A stretch of 55,759 nt of DNA, taken from Candidatus Bathyarchaeia archaeon. Lineage in GTDB: Archaea > Thermoproteota > Bathyarchaeia > Bathyarchaeales > Bathycorpusculaceae. The stretch's first letter is position 1; every line of letters starts with the position of its first letter. The position numbers were made by a program, and so were the translations under genes. Of the stretch, positions 1 to 9,867 are shown one piece after another. The notes below the pieces were generated by a model. The model made no database searches and was not told where the DNA came from. It saw nothing but the letters and a program-made list of their open reading frames with translations. The stretch lies in contig JBEKBM010000020.1 in NCBI GenBank assembly GCA_050015395.1, positions 1-55,759 on the forward strand, given 5' to 3'.

Positions 1-150
1 TATCCAAATCGTGATTCCGTTTGTATCCAAATCGTGATTCCGTTTGTATCCAAATCGTGATTCCGTTTGTATCCAAATCGTGATTCCGTTTGTATCCAAA
101 TCGTGATTCCGTTTGTATCCAAATCGTGATTCCGTTTGTATCCAAATCGT
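1..150. repeat. Perfect 23-bp tandem repeat (TATCCAAATCGTGATTCCGTTTG) x6 plus a 12-bp partial copy, running off the window start
   Basis: Units start at 1, 24, 47, 70, 93 and 116, with a partial copy at 139-150. There are no spacers. The unit contains the tnpB N-terminal codons F-R-L-Y-P-N-R. Confidence 0.95.
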
Positions 151-1260
151 TTGCAAGAAGAGACATTGAATCATCATTTATGGTTGTCGAAAGAGCTTTG
201 GAACAGGATGCTTGACTATTCTAAAAGTAAGTATAACCGTGAAGGCAAGTTTGCTTCTAAGAAAGAACTGCGAGAGAGGGTTAAGCGTCAGGGCTTGTTC
301 AGTCAGGTTGCTCAGGAGCTCGTTGACCGTCTTTTTGATGCGACTTGGCGTTTCATCAAGATGAAGAAGGCAGGGGAAGTATGTGGGTTTCCCCGTTTCA
401 AGTCTTTTGACCGTTTGAAGAGTTTGTGTTATCCTCAGATGGGTTTCCGATTGGCGGGTAATCGTTTGAAGGTGACGCCTTTCGGAGAAGTAAAGTTGAA
501 GTTGCATCGCCAACTTAAAGGACAGATAAAGACTCTCGTTTTGAAGCGTGAAGCTTCTGGAAAATGGTTTGCTATATTGACATGTGAAGAGGAAAATGTT
601 AAGTCTTGTTCCAATCAGGAAGCAAAGGTTGGAATTGACCTTGGTTTGTCAAAACTTGCAGTATTATCAGATGGTTCAATTATTGCGAATCCACGTCACA
701 TAAAGAAGTATGAACGCAAGATTGCTGTTTTGGGCAGGGTGCTTTCAAAGAAAAAGAAAGGAAGCCGTAACAGAGTGAAGGCTAGGGTGAAGTTGGCAAG
801 GGCTTACGAGAAGTTGGGTAATTCAAGGCTGGATTTTCTGCATAAGACTTCAAGTAGTTTGGTGAGTAAGTATGGTGTGATTTCTCTTGAGAACCTGAAC
901 ATTAAGGGAATGGTTCAGGAAAAGTTTGGTAAACAAATAAACGATGCTGGCTGGGGATTGTTAACGAGTATGCTTTGCTACAAGGCTGAGAGTGCTGGTT
1001 GCAAAGTTGTATTTGTTAATCCAAAAGGTACAACGCAGCAGTGTAGTCGATGTGGAGCAGTTGTTCCTAAAACGTTGGCTGATAGAGTGCATAATTGTCC
1101 AAGTTGCGGGTTGGTTCTTGACCGTGACTTGAACGCAGCACATAATATTTTGAAGAGAGGTACCGTAGGGCATACGGAAATTAACGCTTGTGGAGTTGTC
1201 CCAGAAGGGATAACGGTGAAGCAAGAAGCCCACACCTATTCATAGGTGGGAGTATGTCAC
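130..1260 (+). mobile_element. IS200/IS605-family element, right part, with right-end hairpin ending in TCAC
   Basis: tnpB is followed by GAAGCCCACACCTATTCATAGGTGGGAGTATGTCAC (1225-1260), a subterminal hairpin plus TCAC typical of IS605-group right ends. The left end and any tnpA are not in the window. Confidence 0.8.
136..1245 (+). CDS. tnpB: RNA-guided endonuclease TnpB (IS200/IS605 family); true N-terminus probably lost in the tandem repeat
   Basis: N-terminal (FR)LYP motif, GFPRFKS, RuvC-I GIDLG, RuvC-II ISLENL, zinc finger CSRCG...CPSCG and RuvC-III DRDLNAAHNI. Confidence 0.95.
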   Translation: MYPNRLQEETLNHHLWLSKELWNRMLDYSKSKYNREGKFASKKELRERVKRQGLFSQVAQELVDRLFDATWRFIKMKKAGEVCGFPRFKSFDRLKSLCYPQMGFRLAGNRLKVTPFGEVKLKLHRQLKGQIKTLVLKREASGKWFAILTCEEENVKSCSNQEAKVGIDLGLSKLAVLSDGSIIANPRHIKKYERKIAVLGRVLSKKKKGSRNRVKARVKLARAYEKLGNSRLDFLHKTSSSLVSKYGVISLENLNIKGMVQEKFGKQINDAGWGLLTSMLCYKAESAGCKVVFVNPKGTTQQCSRCGAVVPKTLADRVHNCPSCGLVLDRDLNAAHNILKRGTVGHTEINACGVVPEGITVKQEAHTYS

Positions 1261-1477
1261 TGCCACGCAATGACAGTTTAGGCTGGTGTTTAAGAAGCGG
1301 ATTTTATCGCCCAGATAGGTTCTGTTGGAGAAGTTCTCACCTGCCTGAGAACCAATTTCAAATATGATCAAAGACGTTTGCTTAGGGGAACAACTCAAAG
1401 CTATTTAAAACGTATTGAATAAAGCTAAAATTTCGTGTTCATCGATTTATGGAAAGAACAAGCTTAAAAAGAAAATA

Positions 1478-2062
1478 TCATTTTTCTTGCTCTAGTTCTA
1501 TTCGACATTCGTCGCAGATGTTTTGTCCGTTTCGTTCCTTAAGGCTTTCGGAATAGACGTTGCAGCGGTCGCAGTATCCTGACACAGGCGCCTCTTCGGT
1601 TTCTTCAGTTCGGGCTGCATTTTCAATGCGTGATCTTTCCTGGATTATTTCTATCAGTTCAGGCATTACGCCAAGGATGTCTTTGCTTGAGATTATTCCG
1701 ACAAGGTTGCCTTTGTAAATAACGCCGAGCCGTCTGATATCTAGCCTGTTCATTCGGCGCGCCGCTTCAGTTATTGCCGCATCAGGTTCAATTGTTACCA
1801 AAGGGGTTGTCATGATTTCTTTGGCTTTAACTGTATCAGGTTTAAGGTTTTTTGCTAAAACCCTAATCACTAAATCTCGCTCAGTAATGATGCCAATTGA
1901 ATTTCCGGCTTTATTTGTAACTATTATGCAGCCTAAATCGTTCTTGTCCATGACAACTGCAGCTTTGTTTGAGGCTTCATTTTCATTCAGGGTTACAACT
2001 GGGCTGCTCATTACGTCTTTTACTAGCATTTTTGTTCTTAATCCGATTTCAGACATCGCCAA
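1478..2062 (-). CDS. CBS-domain pair protein with C-terminal zinc ribbon
   Basis: Two CBS repeats (VKDVMSSPVVT...GIITERDL; AKEIMTTPLVTI...GIISSKDI) and CDRC...CDEC. Confidence 0.9.
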   Translation of the reverse strand: MAMSEIGLRTKMLVKDVMSSPVVTLNENEASNKAAVVMDKNDLGCIIVTNKAGNSIGIITERDLVIRVLAKNLKPDTVKAKEIMTTPLVTIEPDAAITEAARRMNRLDIRRLGVIYKGNLVGIISSKDILGVMPELIEIIQERSRIENAARTEETEEAPVSGYCDRCNVYSESLKERNGQNICDECRIELEQEK

Positions 2063-2210
2063 TTTCCTTCTGCCAATTTTAGATGAGGTTAGCTTACTGC
2101 AACAATAAAGAGCCGCATAATTTAAGATTTGCTTAAATGAAAAAGTGTGATTCTGAGAAGTTTATTAGACGCCTTACGATTAGGACACAATGTCCAGTGG
2201 GGAACACTTT

Positions 2211-3098
2211 ATGCTTCGAACAAACGTTGAAAAGCTCATAAAAATGTCAGTCATGGGTGAAATAGCCAGCCCGACAATCAGATCAGTCTACAATGTCTCA
2301 GCAACAGGGAAACCCTTGGTTTTGCCTGGAGTAGGCGGCATAACCTATAATCTAAGAGTCGGCGATCTAGCATGCGGTTGGGAAGCTGATCACGTGGAGC
2401 CAGGCGTTAGCGTCGAAAACAAGGAAAACGATGCCCGCTCAGGACAGGCTGCTAATACCGCATTCAACGTACTGTCATGCGTTGGAAACAAAGCAACAGT
2501 AATAAATGGCGACGCTAAGGGCGCTGAAGGAACTATCACAGGCAAACACGGTGGAATCGAGCATGTGCTGGTTGATTTCTCCTCGGAGATTTTGGAGAAA
2601 CTTATGCTCGGAGACAGGATTCTAGTAAAAGCTTTCGGTGTGGGTTTAAAACTGGTTGATTTCCCAGAAATTAAAGTCTTGAATGTGGATCCAGCGTTGC
2701 TTGATGCTTGGAACATCGAACCGAAGGGTGACAAACTTGAAGTGCCGGTTACGCATATTGTGCCAGCAGCTATCATGGGTTCAGGTTTAGGAGCTAACCA
2801 GGTTAACTCGGGCGATTATGATATTCAATTGTTCGATGAGGGAGTCGTTGAGCAGTACGAGCTAGGAAGTTTAAGGCTTGGCGACTTAGTAGCTATTATT
2901 GACGCGGACCACTCGTTTGGTAGAATTTACCGCCAAGGCGCTGTTTCAGTAGGCGTAGTAATCCACACAAATTGTGTTACTGCAGGACACGGACCGGGAG
3001 TTACAACCTTGATGACGTCCCCGGATGGAAAAATTATCCCTCAAATAAATCGGGAAGCTAACATTGCCTCTATCTTAAAGTTAAGAGCATATATATAA
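2211..3098 (+). CDS. DUF4438 family protein
   Basis: MLRTN..KL start, PGVGGITYN, ADHVEPGVS, GKHGGIEHV, GDYDI and GHGPGVT motifs recalled from this family. Confidence 0.75.
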   Translation: MLRTNVEKLIKMSVMGEIASPTIRSVYNVSATGKPLVLPGVGGITYNLRVGDLACGWEADHVEPGVSVENKENDARSGQAANTAFNVLSCVGNKATVINGDAKGAEGTITGKHGGIEHVLVDFSSEILEKLMLGDRILVKAFGVGLKLVDFPEIKVLNVDPALLDAWNIEPKGDKLEVPVTHIVPAAIMGSGLGANQVNSGDYDIQLFDEGVVEQYELGSLRLGDLVAIIDADHSFGRIYRQGAVSVGVVIHTNCVTAGHGPGVTTLMTSPDGKIIPQINREANIASILKLRAYI

Positions 3099-3148
3099 GA
3101 TAGTTTAATGCATATTTGGAAAATAAGAGAGAAAGAGGTTAAAAATAA

Positions 3149-3439
3149 TTGCCGTCTAAGCGAAAGAGCCGAGGAAGATCAAAAGGAAACAAAGGAAGCA
3201 GCAGCCTTGTTCAATGCGCTAATTGTGGAGCCATGGTGCCGCGCGATAAGGCAAAGAGAAATACTCGTCGTGTGTCGTTTGTTGAGCCTCAGTTAGCTAA
3301 GGAGCTTAGGCAAAAAGGCACGTTTCTAGCTTCGTGGGTGGACACAAAATACTACTGCATATCCTGTGCTGTTCACCGTGGAATCGTTAATGTTAGAGCC
3401 GAAAGTGAGCGTCACTCAAGGGCCAAAAGACGATACTAA
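3149..3439 (+). CDS. rps26e: 30S ribosomal protein S26e (eS26)
   Basis: PSKRKSRGRSKG...VQCANCGAMVPRDKAK...YCISCAVHRGIV. Confidence 0.95.
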   Translation: MPSKRKSRGRSKGNKGSSSLVQCANCGAMVPRDKAKRNTRRVSFVEPQLAKELRQKGTFLASWVDTKYYCISCAVHRGIVNVRAESERHSRAKRRY

Positions 3440-3444
3440 GTAGC

Positions 3445-4107
3445 TTACACTGTTTTTTTCTCTAATTCCTTGTAAACGTGAAATGCTCTTTGTATAACGG
3501 TAAGGTTTGAAAGCACCGCTAACAAGGCTATACCATAACCCAAGGCTGGTAGCCAGAAAAACGCGATTATGCTGACAGCGGCTAGAATAAGCATGCGTTC
3601 AGCTCTTTCAGCGAGACCTATTGACTCCATTTTTATGCCTGCTGCTTCCGCTCTTGCTCTACTATAACTTACCAGTAGAGAACCTGCTAGAGTTGCTAAG
3701 GCCCAAACTGGACCCCAAACTGTACCCCAAGCCGGGTTGCATAATCCAGCGATTATTATGGCGGCGTATACTGCTGCATCCGCATACCTGTCAAGAACTG
3801 AATCGAAGAAGCCGCCGAACACTGTTGCCTGCTGAAAAGTTCTGGCGATGATGCCGTCAAGCGTGTCGCAGAATCCTGACGCTAAAAGCAAAACTGTTGC
3901 CAAAAGAAGAAGCCACTGGCACCTTGGAACCATTGCATATGCGCCGGCTGCAGAGAGAGCAAGTATGAATCCTATGAGGCTTACTTTGTTTGGAGTTAAG
4001 CCTATCTTGTGTGCGGCTATTGCTTGTGAAGTTAGCATTTGCTGAACTTTTTTCTTCAGTTTAGTTAGCAAGTTAACATCCTGAGTTTGTTGAGTGTTAA
4101 AGCTCAT
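3445..4107 (-). CDS. pgsA: CDP-alcohol phosphatidyltransferase (archaetidylinositol phosphate synthase-like); start may be the TTG at 4071
   Basis: TPN motif, signature DTLDGIIAR...GGFFDSVLDRYAD, SYSRARAE and several hydrophobic helices. Confidence 0.88.
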   Translation of the reverse strand: MSFNTQQTQDVNLLTKLKKKVQQMLTSQAIAAHKIGLTPNKVSLIGFILALSAAGAYAMVPRCQWLLLLATVLLLASGFCDTLDGIIARTFQQATVFGGFFDSVLDRYADAAVYAAIIIAGLCNPAWGTVWGPVWALATLAGSLLVSYSRARAEAAGIKMESIGLAERAERMLILAAVSIIAFFWLPALGYGIALLAVLSNLTVIQRAFHVYKELEKKTV

Positions 4108-4297
4108 TATGGGTCGGGTGTAAAAAAGCCTTTCCAGTCAGGTTGCCGTTAAAATGTTGAACAATTTGGCCATATTGCCAGTTTTCAATGGACTTATTAG
4201 GAAGAACTCGTATTAGTTGGGCAGTAACGTTTCCGTTACTAGTCAAGCGCAAGTAACAGTGACGTTACACAAAGCAAACACAAAAGGAGTAAAGAAA

Positions 4298-4585
4298 ATG
4301 ACTCAAAATCCAGATGTTATCTTCGTCGGGAATAAACCTCCAATGAGCTATGTTCTGGCAATCATAACAAGCTTCTCCTCAGGAACCCTGAAAGAAGTCA
4401 CTTTGAAAGCTCGAGGCCAAGCCATAACTAACGCTGTTGATGCTGCTGAGATAGCAAGAAACCGGTTCATTAAAGACCTTACTGTTGCAAAGATTGCTAT
4501 TGGAACAGTTGAGATGCCACCACGTGAGGGAGAGAACAAGTCCAGAATGGTTTCAACGATGGAGATAACGCTAAGCAAAAAGTAA
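4298..4585 (+). CDS. albA: DNA/RNA-binding protein Alba
   Basis: IFVGNKPPMSYVLA...LKARGQAI..AVDAAE...VSTMEI. ATG at 4298 is preceded by AGGAG. Confidence 0.95.
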   Translation: MTQNPDVIFVGNKPPMSYVLAIITSFSSGTLKEVTLKARGQAITNAVDAAEIARNRFIKDLTVAKIAIGTVEMPPREGENKSRMVSTMEITLSKK

Positions 4586-4755
4586 AACTGGACAGCAAAC
4601 AAAAGCATGAAACCACTTTCAACCCTTCTTCTTATTTTTTAACACTCGTTGCTTTTTGAAATCGATATTTTCAAACAACACTGTAAATGTCACTAAAGTT
4701 TAGGTTTTTGCTTGTCAGTGTAACGGATATGCCAAACGGTTGGCTGTGTACCTGC

Positions 4756-4986
4756 ATGATTTCCCCGAAGCGAAGTAGGACTTATAGTGGCAGGCGCAGC
4801 CATCTAAGATAGAGCAATTACGCAAGGTATCTACGATGCAATTTTAGGAGTGATTATGATGACAACCGTTTTGGCGCCGATACTTTTGAGCAAATCCTTT
4901 GAAAAAAGTCAACTGAAGAAGCGCCAACAAAAACAGAGGCTGAAGATACAACCGCTCCCCGATTACATGCCAACGTATCCGCTTTA
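4756..4986 (+). pseudogene. C-terminal remnant of a cation:proton antiporter (CPA2/NapA-KefB-like)
   Basis: Reads PRSEVGLIVAGAAI*DRAITQGIYDAILGVIMMTTVLAPILLSKSFEK, resembling the MIPRGEVGLIVA...TTxxAPILL C-terminus of these antiporters. It has an in-frame stop, a frameshift and no N-terminal part. Confidence 0.7.
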
Positions 4987-5056
4987 GGCTTTGCTGTTTG
5001 CATCGTAAAGTTAAATAGCTGTTTTGTTAGTTAGAGAATTACTCCGTGTGAGAGCA

Positions 5057-6346
5057 ATGTTAGATATTAAACTTATCCGTGAAAACCCCGAGCTAGTAAA
5101 AAATAATTTGGAAAAGCGTGGCAACCCTGAAACCACCCAAATGCTAGAGGATTTAATTGCTGTTGACAAGGAATGGCGATTTAACCTCACTAAACTAAAC
5201 GAGCTGCGCCACCAGCGAAAGCAAGTAACCATAGAAATCGCCAAACTAAAAAAGGCGGGCAAGGAAGCCGACAGCGAAGTCGAGAGAGCAGAAGACATCG
5301 ATGAAAAAATAACCCGCATTGAAAAGCAAGTAACCCAACAAGAACAGAAAACCCATGACTACCTCATGCAACTTCCGAACCTGCTGGATGAGAGTGTTCC
5401 GCTTGGAAAAGACTCTAACGACAATGTGCAAGTAAAAACTTGGGGAACAATTCCAAAATTTAATTTTCCAATAAAAAATCATATCGACTTAGCTTTAGAT
5501 TTAGACCAAATTGACATGGAAAGGGCTGGAAAAATATCTGGCGCAAGGTTCTTTTATCTAAAAAATCAAGTCGCGCAATTAGACATGGCATTGATGAGCT
5601 TCGCAATAGAGGAACTGACAAAAAATGGTTACACGCCAATTATTCCGCCGTATTTGATGAAGCGTGAAGCATATGAAGGCGTAACAGCACTTGGAGACTT
5701 TGCTGATGTTCTCTATAAAGTGGAAAACGAAGACTTATACTTAATCGCCACTTCTGAGCATCCTATGGCTGCAATGTACATGAACGAAGTGTTAAAAGAA
5801 CAGGACATGCCGCTAAAACTTGCTGGAATAAGCACATGCTTTAGAAAAGAGGCGGGGGCGCACGGCAAAGACACAAGAGGAATATTCCGAACCCACCAAT
5901 TCAACAAGATCGAACAATTCATCTTTTGCAAGCCAGAAGACTCAACTAAGCTACATGAGGAACTGCTGCAGAACGCTGAGGAACTGCTTCAAAAGCTTGA
6001 ATTGCCATACCGTGTTGTCAACGTTTGCACAGGCGACATTGGAACCGTAGCAGCCAAAAAATACGATATTGAAGCTTGGATGCCAGCCCAAAATGGGTAC
6101 CGCGAAGTTGTTTCGTGCAGCAACTGCACTGATTATCAAGCAAGACGCTTAGGCATTCGTTACAGGGAAAAGGAGGGCGCACCGCCGAAAGGATTTGTTC
6201 ATACATTAAACTCGACAGCCGTAGCTACAGGCAGAACTATAGTTGCCATACTAGAAAACAATCAGCAAGAAGACGGCACAATTAACATACCAAGCGCTTT
6301 GAAAAAATACATGGGCAACCGAGAAAAAATTGACAAAAAACGCTAA
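5057..6346 (+). CDS. serS: Seryl-tRNA synthetase
   Basis: MLDIKLIRENP start, coiled-coil arm, LIATSEHP, CFRKEAGAHGKDTRGIFRTHQF, EVVSCSNCTDYQARRL and HTLNSTA. Confidence 0.97.
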   Translation: MLDIKLIRENPELVKNNLEKRGNPETTQMLEDLIAVDKEWRFNLTKLNELRHQRKQVTIEIAKLKKAGKEADSEVERAEDIDEKITRIEKQVTQQEQKTHDYLMQLPNLLDESVPLGKDSNDNVQVKTWGTIPKFNFPIKNHIDLALDLDQIDMERAGKISGARFFYLKNQVAQLDMALMSFAIEELTKNGYTPIIPPYLMKREAYEGVTALGDFADVLYKVENEDLYLIATSEHPMAAMYMNEVLKEQDMPLKLAGISTCFRKEAGAHGKDTRGIFRTHQFNKIEQFIFCKPEDSTKLHEELLQNAEELLQKLELPYRVVNVCTGDIGTVAAKKYDIEAWMPAQNGYREVVSCSNCTDYQARRLGIRYREKEGAPPKGFVHTLNSTAVATGRTIVAILENNQQEDGTINIPSALKKYMGNREKIDKKR

Positions 6347-6396
6347 ACCTTTTAATATTTCCTTGAGAATGTTGAGGCACGTTTGGAGAAATAAAT

Positions 6397-7020
6397 TTGT
6401 CTTCAAAAACAAAACATATACGTGATAAGTGGCGTGGGAAAGGATGGTACATGGTTGTTGCGCCGTCCTTCTTTGGCAACTATGAGTTAGGTTCCATACC
6501 AGCGCAAGAACCGGAACAACTAATCGGCAGAGTTGTTGAAACAACCTTATATGATATAACAAGCGACTTTTCCCACCATTACCTGAAAATGTTTTTCCAA
6601 ATTAACGAGATTGACGGAAAAACCGCCAAAACGCTCTTTAAGGGTCATGAATACTCACGAGATTACCTTCGAAGCTTGGTTAGAAGAAGAACAACAAAAG
6701 TTGATGCATTAATCAACCTCACCACAAAAGATGGATTCAAGCTTAGAATTGCAGTTTCAGCCTTAACGCTTTCTAGGATAAAAACTTCGCAAGAAAAGAT
6801 AATCCGCAAAATAATGGAAAAAATAATACATGAAAAAGCCATTGCGTTATCGCTTGATCAGTTCGTTCAAGAAATGGTTCTTGGCAAAATCGCTTCAGAC
6901 ATCTACAATCAAGCTAAAGAAGTTGCACCATTAAGGCATGTTGGCATAAGAAAATCTAAATTACTAGCGCAACCGCAGGCGCCGCCAATGCAGGAAGCCA
7001 AAGCTGAAGCAGTAACCTAA
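6397..7020 (+). CDS. rps3ae: 30S ribosomal protein S3Ae (eS1)
   Basis: RDKWRGKGWY..VAPSFFG, GRVVETTLYDIT and SRDYLRSLVRRRTTKVD. Confidence 0.95.
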   Translation: MSSKTKHIRDKWRGKGWYMVVAPSFFGNYELGSIPAQEPEQLIGRVVETTLYDITSDFSHHYLKMFFQINEIDGKTAKTLFKGHEYSRDYLRSLVRRRTTKVDALINLTTKDGFKLRIAVSALTLSRIKTSQEKIIRKIMEKIIHEKAIALSLDQFVQEMVLGKIASDIYNQAKEVAPLRHVGIRKSKLLAQPQAPPMQEAKAEAVT

Positions 7021-7117
7021 CCATTTTCAACTTTTTCAACTTTTTTTATAGGCAAAATACTTTAGCAACGATAATCTAGTAAAATTCTTAAATCAACATA
7101 GTAAGGAGCATTCATGT

Positions 7118-7576
7118 TTGTCGGCAAAAGCAGGAGTACATGAAAAAGGATCCTTCACCGTTCAAGACGCCATAAACAACATTAAAAAAGACGCTAATTT
7201 CCATAAAGCTGGCGCGATAGGGCTTTTTATCGGTGTAGTAAGAGGAGAAACCTTTAAGGGAGAAAAAGTCGAAAAGCTCAAGCTTGAAGCATACGAAGAA
7301 AAAGCCAACCGAGTCTTAGGCAAAATATGCGATGATTTATCCCAAAAGCCAAGAATAGTTAACGTTCAAATTCACCATTTACTCGGCGAATTCAATGTTG
7401 GAGACGATTTAGTTTATGTTGCGGTTGCTGGTTCTCACCGAACAGATATTTTTCCAGTCCTGCGGGAAGCTGTAGAGAGGTACAAAAGCGAAGCACCGAT
7501 TTTCAAAAAAGAACGCGTCGTTGATGCAAAAGGTTCTGCCGTTGAATATTGGGTTTCAGAAAAACACAACCATTAA
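7118..7576 (+). CDS. moaE: Molybdopterin synthase catalytic subunit
   Basis: GAIGLFIGVVR, LEAYEE, IHHLLG..VGD, AGSHR and YKSEAPIFKKE. Confidence 0.9.
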   Translation: MSAKAGVHEKGSFTVQDAINNIKKDANFHKAGAIGLFIGVVRGETFKGEKVEKLKLEAYEEKANRVLGKICDDLSQKPRIVNVQIHHLLGEFNVGDDLVYVAVAGSHRTDIFPVLREAVERYKSEAPIFKKERVVDAKGSAVEYWVSEKHNH

Positions 7577-7596
7577 CATCGATGGCGTGAAAAGTT

Positions 7597-8514
7597 ATGA
7601 TTACGGCTTTAGCAGGCGGGGTTGGCGCCGCCAGATTTCTCACTGGCTTAACGAAACTTGTTAAAGAGGAAGAATTATCGGTAATTGTGAATACTGGCGA
7701 CGACATTGAAATGTTCGGTTTGCACATTTCGCCGGATATTGACATTGTAGCGTACACTTTAGCAGGTATCGTTGACGAGGAAAAAGGTTGGGGAATAAAA
7801 GGCGATACGTTTCAGTGTCTCGAAATGATCAAAAAATTGGGCTTAGAAACATGGTTTAGTTTGGGTGATAAGGATTTTGCAACTCATATTTTTCGTACAA
7901 ATTTGTTAAACAAAGGTTTCACGCTTTCGCAGGTGACCGACGAGATTTGCCATGCCTTAGGGCTTAAGGTTGCCATTTTGCCAATGACGGATGATAAGTT
8001 TGAGACCTGGATAAAAATTGAGGAAGGGTTAGTTCATTTCGAAGAATATCTTGTTAAAAGACAAGCCAAGGATAAGGTTTTAGGTGTAGAATTTGTTGGC
8101 GCTGCTCACGCGAAACCTTCGCCTAAAGCTGTAGATTCAATTGTTGATGCGGAAATGGTTGTTATTTGTCCAAGCAATCCGGTAGTTAGCATTGGCACCA
8201 TTCTCTCGGTTGATGGAATAAGAGACGCATTGAAGAGGACAAGTGCCAAAGTTGTCGGGGTTAGTCCTATAGTTGCTGGTGCTCCGATTAAGGGTCCTGC
8301 AGATAAACTGCTGCGTGGTTTAGGTTTTGAGGTTTCAGCGTTTTCTGTTGCTAAGCTTTATGCGGATTTTCTTGATACTTTTGTGATTGACATTAAGGAT
8401 GCCAGGGAGAAGAACCAGATAGAACAGCTTGGAATCAAGGTGAAAATGACAGATACCGTGATGAAGAGTTTAGAAGATAAAGTGCGGTTGGCGAAGACTG
8501 TTCTGGAAGACTAA
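7597..8514 (+). CDS. cofD: 2-phospho-L-lactate transferase (coenzyme F420 biosynthesis)
   Basis: ALAGGVGAARFL, VNTGDD, HISPDID, LGDKDFATH, PSNPVVSI and KGPADKL. Confidence 0.93.
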   Translation: MITALAGGVGAARFLTGLTKLVKEEELSVIVNTGDDIEMFGLHISPDIDIVAYTLAGIVDEEKGWGIKGDTFQCLEMIKKLGLETWFSLGDKDFATHIFRTNLLNKGFTLSQVTDEICHALGLKVAILPMTDDKFETWIKIEEGLVHFEEYLVKRQAKDKVLGVEFVGAAHAKPSPKAVDSIVDAEMVVICPSNPVVSIGTILSVDGIRDALKRTSAKVVGVSPIVAGAPIKGPADKLLRGLGFEVSAFSVAKLYADFLDTFVIDIKDAREKNQIEQLGIKVKMTDTVMKSLEDKVRLAKTVLED

Positions 8515-8927
8515 CATGAAAACCGGTAATATATAGACTAAGTTACTCTCTATATACTATTTGGATAGTGTAAATAAGCCAAAAAAAGAACGATTAAATA
8601 AGAGTGCCATGCAGCAGAAGAAAAAAGCAAAAAAGCAATGTACAAAACTCGAAGCGCCATGGTACTTCATCCATGTGTAATGCATGGTTAAGCGTCTTAA
8701 TAGTTGATTGAAGGGGTAAATTGTGAAGGGAAAAGCAGGTAGCAAAAGGCAAACACAAGCTAAAAAGAGTGATCTTGTGGATTGGCTCTTGGCGATTGAT
8801 GCATGCTAAGCGCGACATATCTAAAAAGTAAGCATTAGCGAAGAAAAGACACACATGTTAAAGTTACCTATGGATGCGACATCAAGAGAAGGGTTATATC
8901 TGAAACCCATTCAATAATGTAACAGTA

Positions 8928-9605
8928 GTGATGAGAGTGGAAAGAAAAAGTTACGATTGGTTCGAGCAGCGCCGCAAAACCAGAGGATTAGAACTTGCTC
9001 ATGATCAAATAACAAAGGCTTTTGATACGGTAACATGGCTGCATAAAGCAACCAAAAGCTTTTCAGAAAAAAACTTTAAAGAAACACAAAAATACATTGA
9101 AAACTTATATAAAACTGAGGAAGGCGTTGACCAGCTTCGAACAGACGTCTTCATGGAGTTATCCAAGGGCGCAGCTCTTGTAGCAGATTACCGCGAAGAC
9201 CTCTTGCACCTTGTTAAACGGTTAGATACGCTGGCAGACCACACTAAAGATGCTGCAAGATGCCTAGAAATGCTCTCCGGGGCTGAAATCCCGCAGGAGC
9301 TATGCGAAAAAACCGTTATTATGACTGGAAAACTTGTGGAAACAGCACAGACATTAAGAAACAGCATAGAAAAAATCTCGTCAAACCCAACAGAAGCCAT
9401 AAATGAAGCAAAAAAAGTCGGCGAAATAGAGCACGCGATAGACATTGAATACCTTGAAACTAAAAAATTATTCGTGAAATACGGCGTAAGCATAAACTGC
9501 GGAGCCATGGTGATATTCGACGACCTGATAGAATTCATCGAGCAAGCAGCAGACATGTGCGCAGACACAGCAGACTACATCCTGATACTCTCAAGCAGAG
9601 AATAA
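8928..9605 (+). CDS. DUF47/PhoU-like helical protein (putative phosphate transport regulator)
   Basis: Two helical repeats with E.G.D / EH..D and LD.LAD / IEQAAD..AD motifs. Confidence 0.8.
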   Translation: MMRVERKSYDWFEQRRKTRGLELAHDQITKAFDTVTWLHKATKSFSEKNFKETQKYIENLYKTEEGVDQLRTDVFMELSKGAALVADYREDLLHLVKRLDTLADHTKDAARCLEMLSGAEIPQELCEKTVIMTGKLVETAQTLRNSIEKISSNPTEAINEAKKVGEIEHAIDIEYLETKKLFVKYGVSINCGAMVIFDDLIEFIEQAADMCADTADYILILSSRE

Positions 9606-9703
9606 ACAACCCTAACCATTTCTCATAATGTTCTGATTTGGCGCTCAAAAGGCTAAAATCACTTTTTAATTTAATCTCAAAAAACTTGTTTTTTATAAGT
9701 TGA

Positions 9704-9782
9704 TGGCGGGCCCGCTGGGATTTGAACCCAGGACCTCCGGCTCCGCAGGCCGGTGTCATAATCCGTACTAGACGACGAGCCC
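9704..9782 (-). tRNA. tRNA-Arg (GCG), encoded CCA, no intron
   Basis: Reverse complement reads GGGCTCG...CCGGC-CT-GCG-GA-GCCGG...GGTTCAAATCC...CGGGCCC-G-CCA. Confidence 0.95.
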
Positions 9783-9867
9783 CAAACTTTATTTTAGCCC
9801 AGAAAATGAGGGCAGAATAGTAAATACTTTGCTTAAACTTAAAAATAGTGGTTTAAGAATGCATGTG

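Noticed and set aside
1-150. CRISPR array
   Set aside because: Units are head-to-tail with no spacers, and there are no cas genes in the window.
8557-8854. Short ORFs between cofD and the DUF47 gene
   Set aside because: No recognisable motifs or coherent composition; likely spurious or too decayed to call.
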